DNA from: an uncultured Gemmatimonadota bacterium
Lineage (GTDB): Bacteria; SM23-81
Direction: 5' to 3'
Length of the DNA stretch: 36,299 bases
NCBI GenBank assembly: GCA_964584035.1
Contig: CAZOYL010000009.1
Coordinates: 872-37,170 of the forward strand
Shown here one piece after another: positions 27,691-34,511 of this stretch. The first letter of the stretch is position 1, and each line of letters opens with the position of its first letter. The notes beneath the pieces were generated by a model, which was not told the origin of the DNA, did no database searches, and worked only from the letters and a program-made list of their open reading frames with translations. The position numbers were made by a program, and so were the translations under genes.

Positions 27691-28329
27691 TCAGCTCCTC
27701 GCTGTCTCAGGAGCTCCAGAGCGCTGCTCAATCTCGGTAAGAGTATCGATCAAATCGGAAGAACTTTCTTCCATCTCGATGATCAGTTTATCGATACGGG
27801 ACACGAAGAAGTTATGCAGCGCCTGGATGGGAATGGCGATGGCCAATCCAGCGGCGGTGGTAATCAACGCCTCTGAAATTCCAGAGGCCACCAGGGAAGG
27901 TTCAATATCTCCCGCCAGAGCGATGGCCTCAAAGGCCTTGATCATTCCGCTCACCGTTCCTAAAAATCCCAACAGAGGCGCGATATTGGCCACGGTGGCC
28001 AGCCAAACCATGCCCCGCTCGAGAAACGCCATCTCGATGGTGGCAGCGCCCTCGATGGCTTTCTCCACATGTTCCACACCCCGGCCGGCTCGCAGCAGAC
28101 CGGCATGAAAGATCGAGGCAACAGGGCCGCGAGTGTTCACGCAGATCTCGGTGGCTGCGTCCACTCCACCGGTGGTGAGAGCACCTTTGATCTTGGCCAA
28201 GAACTTCCGAGTGTTGATAGAAGCCCTGGTCAGCGTCCAGAATTTAACGAATGCTACGGCGATGCCCACGATCAGCGAGAACAACAACGGCCACATGAAA
28301 GGGCCACCCTTAATAAACAGTTCTACCAT
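27691..28329 (-). CDS. exbB: MotA/TolQ/ExbB proton channel protein
   Basis: GGPFMWPL, APLLGFLGTVSGMI.AF, GISEALITTAAGL.IAIP motifs. Confidence 0.95.
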   Translation of the reverse strand: MVELFIKGGPFMWPLLFSLIVGIAVAFVKFWTLTRASINTRKFLAKIKGALTTGGVDAATEICVNTRGPVASIFHAGLLRAGRGVEHVEKAIEGAATIEMAFLERGMVWLATVANIAPLLGFLGTVSGMIKAFEAIALAGDIEPSLVASGISEALITTAAGLAIAIPIQALHNFFVSRIDKLIIEMEESSSDLIDTLTEIEQRSGAPETARS

Positions 28330-28473
28330 GTAACCGACCCCCCCTTTGACGGGTGAAAGGATCTACTTTTGCCTCCCGATAGACACGGATGCACCCGCGA
28401 AAACGGATGCCTCAGGTTCCATACCGATCCTCCGGTCATAGAGCTCTGGCATTATAAGTCTTATGCTTTCAGC

Positions 28474-28502
28474 AAAATAACATCGGCCCGTATTGATGTC
28501 AA
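28474..28502 (-). promoter_or_regulatory. putative sigma70 promoter of exbB-exbD-exbD-tonB
   Basis: Minus strand TTGACA-N17-TATTTT with TGn extension. Confidence 0.65.
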
Positions 28503-28559
28503 GCTTTTTTTAAACTCCTTCGGGAAGAAAGGCTCCGGCGGCCGTCGCGGATCCCGGCA

Positions 28560-31274
28560 TTATCTCAACAGAACCATCTTTTTCGTCAGCGAATACCCCT
28601 CCCGGGTGAGACGATAGAAATACACGGCGGAAGAGACCGGCTGCCCGGCGCGACCCCGGCCGTCCCAGACCGCCTCGTAGCAGCCGGGACCCTGACGTTC
28701 ATGCACCAGCGTCCTCACCTCCTGCCCCAGCAGATTGTACACCCGCAACGCGGTCCACCCGACCCGCTGGCCGGAAGGTATTTGATACCGTATGGTGGTC
28801 TGAGCGTTAAAAGGATTGGGATAATTCTGACAGAGACGGAAATCCCCGGGGCGGGACTCGGCAGAGGTCGGATCGACGCCCACGGGACCGGTTTCTAATC
28901 CGAACCAGTGCAAGATATTCTCCATGATCACCCATGAGGGCGTATAGCTCCCGGCCGTCCGGATGCCTTCGTAACCAAAGCCGAAATACACCACCCGATA
29001 TCCTTCCGGAGACTGATACCGTGCGGCCGCCGCCTGCCCCTCCGGATCGTTCTGGTAGTTCAGGATCTCGACCGCTTCTCCCAGAGCCTCGATACCGCTG
29101 GGGGAGGCAATGGGACCGAAAGATCCCCATAAAAACAAAACCGCCCCATCGGTGATCACATCGCCGCCGACTCCTGACACCACCGGCGGCAGGTTGGAGA
29201 CGGTATCGGAACGATGGGCCACCATGATGACATCGCTGAAAAATGTGCTCTCGCCGATCTCGTCGCCGATATTCTCTCCGCTGAGGAAGAGATGTCCGCC
29301 CCCCTCCAGGAACTCGCTCAGGGAAGCCTGATCTTCCGGCGTCAGGGTGTTTTCCGTTTCATCCCCGGTCATCCAGACGACGGCCGCATAGCGCGACAGC
29401 TCTTCCAGATCGATCCTGGCGCTGGCATCGACGTCCCAGTGATCATAGACCACCGACAGGTGATCCAGATCACCCAGAAGGGCTTCCTCGAGATCGTCCC
29501 CGCCATCGTCATCGACCACCAGCAGGTCCGGGCGCCCGATCAGCATCTCCAGGCTGCCCAGGGCGGTGCATTGGCCGGTGCCGTCTCCGGCCTGAAGAGA
29601 AAAAGTGGTCCAATGTGCCTCGGTGCCGGGGGCCACCGAGAACCGGAACGGAGTGGCGCTGTTGTCGGCCCCACTGCCCGGGCCAATATCACCGAAGCCG
29701 GTGGAATCGCGGACGAAAGAGATGGAAGCATCATCGCAGCCGACCCGCGCCCAGACCTGCTCGGCCAACTGCCAGGTGGGCGCATTGCTCACAGTCATGA
29801 TCCAATCCACCGTCTCTCCGGCATCGGGACGCCCGTCCCCATTGCCCGCGGTGTCCAGGATAATGAATTCATCGTCCAGAATCAGACGGGGCAGGGTCAG
29901 GCTCTGCACGGCGGCATAGGCATTCGCCCGCCCGCCGCCGATTCTACCGGCATAGGTAGGATTGATGGCCGAGATATCGTCGGAGGTATGGCGCATCTTG
30001 GCTTCGAATTGATCGCTGTCCATGTCACTATCCAGCATTTTCATCAGCGCGGCGATGCCCGCCACCAGAGGACAGGACATGCTGGTGCCCTGAAGCGTCT
30101 GATAGGTGTCGTTCCACCAGGTGTTGTAGATGGCCGACCCGGGAGCCGCCACATCCACCCAACCGCCATAGTATGACCATCCGGTCACCCGGTCGCCAAT
30201 GTCCGTGGCGGCCACGGCGGTGACATGTGCATTGCCAGCCGGATAATGCACTCCGCAGGTGTCCGGCGGGCTCACTCCGGGATCGTTGCCGGCAGCGGCG
30301 ACGACGATGGCGCCGCGGGCAAAAGCGCTGTCGATCATCTCCTGCTCGAAGGCGCTGGTGGAAGTGTTCCCCCAGCTGAGGCTGATCACATCGGCGCCAT
30401 TGTCGGCGGCATAAAGAATGCCCTCATAGCCCCAGCGAATATTATTCTCCCCATCCCGGTTTGCCTTGACCGGCATAATCCGGGCATTCCACGCCATGCC
30501 GGCCACTCCGATACCATTATCGGTCACCGCGGCGGCGATCCCGGCACAATGCGTTCCATGAACCGGCGCATTCTCGTTGGGATCGTTATCTCCGCCCCCT
30601 GAACCCCCGAAGTCCCAACCGAAGAAATCGTCCCGGTAACCATTGCCGTCATCATCGACATTGTTCCAGTCCTTCCAGGTCACTCGTCCATCGCCATCGA
30701 CATCCTCGCCGCTGTTCAGCCAGATGCTGTCCCACAGATCCGGATGGTCAAAATCGACGCCGCTGTCCACGATGGCGATGATGATGGAACTGTCCGCCCG
30801 GACGACATCCCAGGCCTGCGGTGCCCGAACGGTGTTGAGATACCATTGTTCACCGCTGAGAAAAGAGGGGTCGTTGGGCTCCTGACAGAGCTTCTTGATG
30901 TGCCGAACGACCGCATAGTGGAGATGTTCATCGCGGGAGAGATCTTCGGCCACCAAGCGGCTGTCGTATTTCTCCGGGAAGTCCAGCTGATAGATCGAGC
31001 CCAGTTCCGACGATTTATGGGGAAAGAGGGGAACAGCACGGGAGACCTCGTATTTTCCCAGAATCCGGTCCAGTGAGACGATGCCGGTCGATATCCTGCC
31101 GCTAAAACTCTTGATCGCCGGCCTGACCGCATCCGAGGTGAACTTGACGATCACCTCGCCCGGCTGGCATTGAGAATCCTGCGCTCCTGCGGGGCAGGTG
31201 TTCATGGCGCACAGAAAAAGAACCGAGCAGATTGTCAGGGCGAGAATCCTTGAACAATTGTTTTCCATCTTCAT
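28560..31274 (-). CDS. S8 (subtilisin-family) serine peptidase with C-terminal T9SS type-A/FlgD-like sorting domain, paralog 2
   Basis: Signal peptide, propeptide (PGEVIVKF), triad IVDSG / HGTHCAG / GTSMSCP, oxyanion AAGND; C-terminal QNYPNPFN...VYNLLGQEVRTLV...WDG...VYFYRL...TKKMVLLR. Confidence 0.95.
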   Translation of the reverse strand: MKMENNCSRILALTICSVLFLCAMNTCPAGAQDSQCQPGEVIVKFTSDAVRPAIKSFSGRISTGIVSLDRILGKYEVSRAVPLFPHKSSELGSIYQLDFPEKYDSRLVAEDLSRDEHLHYAVVRHIKKLCQEPNDPSFLSGEQWYLNTVRAPQAWDVVRADSSIIIAIVDSGVDFDHPDLWDSIWLNSGEDVDGDGRVTWKDWNNVDDDGNGYRDDFFGWDFGGSGGGDNDPNENAPVHGTHCAGIAAAVTDNGIGVAGMAWNARIMPVKANRDGENNIRWGYEGILYAADNGADVISLSWGNTSTSAFEQEMIDSAFARGAIVVAAAGNDPGVSPPDTCGVHYPAGNAHVTAVAATDIGDRVTGWSYYGGWVDVAAPGSAIYNTWWNDTYQTLQGTSMSCPLVAGIAALMKMLDSDMDSDQFEAKMRHTSDDISAINPTYAGRIGGGRANAYAAVQSLTLPRLILDDEFIILDTAGNGDGRPDAGETVDWIMTVSNAPTWQLAEQVWARVGCDDASISFVRDSTGFGDIGPGSGADNSATPFRFSVAPGTEAHWTTFSLQAGDGTGQCTALGSLEMLIGRPDLLVVDDDGGDDLEEALLGDLDHLSVVYDHWDVDASARIDLEELSRYAAVVWMTGDETENTLTPEDQASLSEFLEGGGHLFLSGENIGDEIGESTFFSDVIMVAHRSDTVSNLPPVVSGVGGDVITDGAVLFLWGSFGPIASPSGIEALGEAVEILNYQNDPEGQAAAARYQSPEGYRVVYFGFGYEGIRTAGSYTPSWVIMENILHWFGLETGPVGVDPTSAESRPGDFRLCQNYPNPFNAQTTIRYQIPSGQRVGWTALRVYNLLGQEVRTLVHERQGPGCYEAVWDGRGRAGQPVSSAVYFYRLTREGYSLTKKMVLLR

Positions 31275-31316
31275 AACCTTCGTATAGAATCCAGAGGTGA
31301 CAAACCGTTACGCGTA

Positions 31317-34022
31317 TTATCGCAACAGAACCATTTTTTTCGTTTGTGAAGACGGACCGGCCTGCAGGCGGCAGAAATAGACGCCCGTCGACACCGCCCG
31401 GCCATTCTGATCGCGGCCGTCCCATTGGACGATATGATCGCCGGCCCCCTGGACATCATCGACCAGCGAGCGGATCTCCTGTCCAAGGATATTGTAGATA
31501 CGCAGCGTAGTGCGGCGATGAGCCGCTTCGGCCGCCAGCGTATAGCGGATCTTCGTTTCGGCATTGAACGGATTGGGATAATTCTGAGACAGCTCAAACC
31601 GCCGTGGAATCCCATAAGGATCAGGATCCCCGGCGACGCCGGTGGAAACCTGAAACCAGTTCATGATGTTCTTCAGCACCACCGGGCCATGGGTATAGGT
31701 GTCGGTTCCCCTGATACCTTCGTAGCCAAAGGCAAAATAGACCACCTTATAGCCATTGGAGGACTCGTACCGTGCGGCCGCGGCCAGCTCGGGATTGGAC
31801 CGATAGGTGAAGATATCCGCGCCCCCCCCGATGGCCTGGATACCTCCGGGAGAATTCTGCGGTTCCGAGCCCGACAGCATCAGCGTGGTCCCGCTCGATA
31901 TGGTGTCCCCGGCGACGCCATCCAGGTAAGCGGGATCCAGAGAAACGCTGTCGGCCAGATGCGAAACATGGACATAGTCGCTGAAGAAGCTGCTCTGGCC
32001 GACCTCGTCGCCGATGTTCTGCCCGGAGAGAAATAAAAAACGGCCGGCGTCTAAAAAGGCCGATAGGTTTTCCCGGTCTCCGGCCGTCAGGGTGCTTTCC
32101 GATTCAGCCCCGGTCAGCCAGATGACCACCTCATAGGGCATCAGGTCGGCCTCCCCGACCTTACCCCGGGCATTGACATCCCAGGTCTCGTAGAGCACGC
32201 CCATCCCATCCAGACCGCGCTGATAGCTGCCTTCCAGGCTGTGACCGCCGTCGTCGTCGACGATCAGGACCGGCGGGCGCCCGATCAGCATGTCCAGGCT
32301 ATCGACCAGGTCGCCGACGGCGCCGGCGGCCTCCATGTGCAGATAGAATGTCGCCCACCAGGCGGTATCGATCGCCGCAACGGTAAATTGAAAGGGCTCG
32401 CCGGAATGATCGCCGGTCTCGCCCGGGGCGATATCCCCCAGGGCCACCGAATCCTGAGAGAAGATGATCAGGGGGGAATCGCTGGAGACCTTGACCCGCA
32501 GGTTCCGGGCCGGCTGAAAGGTCGGGGTATTGAACAGCGTGACGGTCCAGTTGACCGTCTCACCGGGGTCCGGTCGCCCGTCGCCATTGCCCCCGGCATC
32601 GTCGATGAGGCTCTCCTGGATCACCAGGCCCGGATCGGTCATGCTCAGAACGGCCCGATAGGCATTGACCCGGCCGCCCCCCAGGCGGCCGACGTATCCG
32701 GGATTCTGCCCGTAAATATCATCCGAAGTGTGCCACATCTTGTCGGCGAACTCGTCGCTGGTCATGCCGGGGTCGATGGACTTGAGCAGGCCGGCCACGC
32801 CGGCCACGATGGGAGAGGACATGCTGGTGCCCTGCAGCATGGTATAGTTATCATTAAACCAGGTGTTATAGATACCCTGCCCCGGCGCGGCCACATCCAC
32901 CCAGGGCCCGTAAAAGGTCCAGTTAGCCGCCCGGTCGTGCTGATTGGTGGCGGCCACCGCCACCACGTGGTCGTACCAGGCCGGGTACTCGATCTCACAG
33001 GTGTCCGGAGGGGAAACACCGGGATCGTTGCCGGCCGACGAGACGATGATGGCCCCCATGGCCGAGGCGCTGTCGATGATCTCCTGTTCGAACTGGTGGG
33101 GAGATCCGCCGGAGTGGCCCCAGCTGGCGTTGATCACATCGGCCCCGTTCTCGGCGGCGTAGAGGATGCCCTCATAGCCGTGCTTGATGCCGTCCTGTCC
33201 GTCCTCGGTGGCCTTGATGGCCATGATTGAGCAGTTCCACCCCACACCGGCCACCCCGACGCCGTTGTTGGTCACCGCCGCTGCGCATCCGGCCACGTGA
33301 GTGCCGTGAATGGGCTCCCATTCCACCGGATTCCAATCCGGATAACCGGCTCCGCTGAAGTCCCAGCCGATGATATCGTCCACATAACCGTTGCTGTCAT
33401 CGTCGACGAAGTTGAAATCGGGATTGGTGAGCTTGCCATCTCCGTCGATGTCCTCACCGGGATTGACCCAGATATTGGCATACAGATCGGGATGATTCCA
33501 ATCCACGCCGGTGTCCACGATGCCGATGACGACCAGGCTGTCGCCATGAGTGATATCCCAGGCCTGGGGACATCGCATCAGATCGATATAATACTGGATG
33601 CCGGTCAAATAGAATTCATCATCCGGCGTCTCGTGAAGCTGCTGAATATATCGCGGTTCGGCGTACAGAAGGTGCCCGTCGCGGGCGAAATCGGCAGCCA
33701 CCTCGTCGGCATCGAAAACGGGATCGAAATCGAACTGATAGATGTGGCCCAGCTCCGATCTCTTATGCGGGAAAAGCGGTCCCGCGCCTGAGACACGGTA
33801 TCGCTCCAGGCGCTCATCCAGCGAGGAAATTCCCAGATAGACACATTCGCCGCACCGTTGGATATCGGCCTTTCCCACCTGCGGAATGAACTTCACGATG
33901 ATCTGGCCGGGAGCGTAAGAATCTTCATCGGTTCCGGGACAGGCGTCATCGGGCGACATTGAGATGAACAGAAAGAAACAGCAGCACAGGACGGGCAGAA
34001 TAACTCCTGAGGTCCGGATCAT
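31317..34022 (-). CDS. S8 serine peptidase with C-terminal T9SS type-A/FlgD-like sorting domain, paralog 1
   Basis: Triad IVDTG / HGTHVAG / GTSMSSP; same domain order as its neighbour; C-terminal QNYPNPFN...TKKMVLLR. Start at MIRTS after a GAGGAGG SD. Confidence 0.95.
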   Translation of the reverse strand: MIRTSGVILPVLCCCFFLFISMSPDDACPGTDEDSYAPGQIIVKFIPQVGKADIQRCGECVYLGISSLDERLERYRVSGAGPLFPHKRSELGHIYQFDFDPVFDADEVAADFARDGHLLYAEPRYIQQLHETPDDEFYLTGIQYYIDLMRCPQAWDITHGDSLVVIGIVDTGVDWNHPDLYANIWVNPGEDIDGDGKLTNPDFNFVDDDSNGYVDDIIGWDFSGAGYPDWNPVEWEPIHGTHVAGCAAAVTNNGVGVAGVGWNCSIMAIKATEDGQDGIKHGYEGILYAAENGADVINASWGHSGGSPHQFEQEIIDSASAMGAIIVSSAGNDPGVSPPDTCEIEYPAWYDHVVAVAATNQHDRAANWTFYGPWVDVAAPGQGIYNTWFNDNYTMLQGTSMSSPIVAGVAGLLKSIDPGMTSDEFADKMWHTSDDIYGQNPGYVGRLGGGRVNAYRAVLSMTDPGLVIQESLIDDAGGNGDGRPDPGETVNWTVTLFNTPTFQPARNLRVKVSSDSPLIIFSQDSVALGDIAPGETGDHSGEPFQFTVAAIDTAWWATFYLHMEAAGAVGDLVDSLDMLIGRPPVLIVDDDGGHSLEGSYQRGLDGMGVLYETWDVNARGKVGEADLMPYEVVIWLTGAESESTLTAGDRENLSAFLDAGRFLFLSGQNIGDEVGQSSFFSDYVHVSHLADSVSLDPAYLDGVAGDTISSGTTLMLSGSEPQNSPGGIQAIGGGADIFTYRSNPELAAAARYESSNGYKVVYFAFGYEGIRGTDTYTHGPVVLKNIMNWFQVSTGVAGDPDPYGIPRRFELSQNYPNPFNAETKIRYTLAAEAAHRRTTLRIYNILGQEIRSLVDDVQGAGDHIVQWDGRDQNGRAVSTGVYFCRLQAGPSSQTKKMVLLR

Positions 34023-34139
34023 AGCACATCCTCCTCGCCGGGCATAAACCCACCAATATTTACAGGATACGGCTGGACCACTATCCTTCGAAGGGGGCCG
34101 CGAAGCGGCCATCTGAAGGACTGGCAGGGAGCATTCATC

Positions 34140-34168
34140 ATTGTACACAAATCGTCAATTGTTGTCAA
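34140..34168 (-). promoter_or_regulatory. sigma70 promoter of the S8 pair
   Basis: Minus strand TTGACA-N17-TACAAT with TG extension. Confidence 0.8.
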
Positions 34169-34296
34169 GCCATTTTTCGGCAGGGGAGAGAGACCGGGGC
34201 CTATCGAAGCTCCGCCCCGATCCCATGCCCCCGCCGGCAATGCGCCGGCAAAGCCCTACCGACCTGTCCTGAAACGTTTGTCCGACATTTTTTTTA

Positions 34297-34325
34297 TTGA
34301 CAAGGGATCATCTTTGTGGTATTTT
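34297..34325 (+). promoter_or_regulatory. sigma70 promoter of the divergent CTD protein
   Basis: TTGACA-N17-TATTTT with TGn extension and an upstream T-tract. Confidence 0.7.
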
Positions 34326-34511
34326 GCAATATTATCAAACGGTCTCTCCAGGGAGACATGAAAACGGTATCATGACCAGTTTTATATCGTCGGATATCAG
34401 AAGAAAGGGGTGATGCACGCGACGGAGTTGCTGACTTCCGGACGATGATTCGGAGGCGTTCGTGAACACTAGAAAGTCATTGTTTTTTTTTGTTTTTTTG
34501 GAGGCTCTATC

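Noticed and set aside
28330..28560. Fur box or cobalamin riboswitch before exbB
   Set aside because: No GATAATGATAATCATTATC-like site or B12-box recognised.
29214..33230. Long plus-strand ORFs (320 aa, 329 aa, 203 aa) within the S8 genes
   Set aside because: Antisense frames kept open by high GC3; no SD or domain signatures. The same applies to most other overlapping ORFs in the track.
14998..34022. Treating the whole minus-strand run as a single operon
   Set aside because: Separate promoters (34140, 28474, 19079, 15987) and terminators (26157, 16181) divide it into several units.
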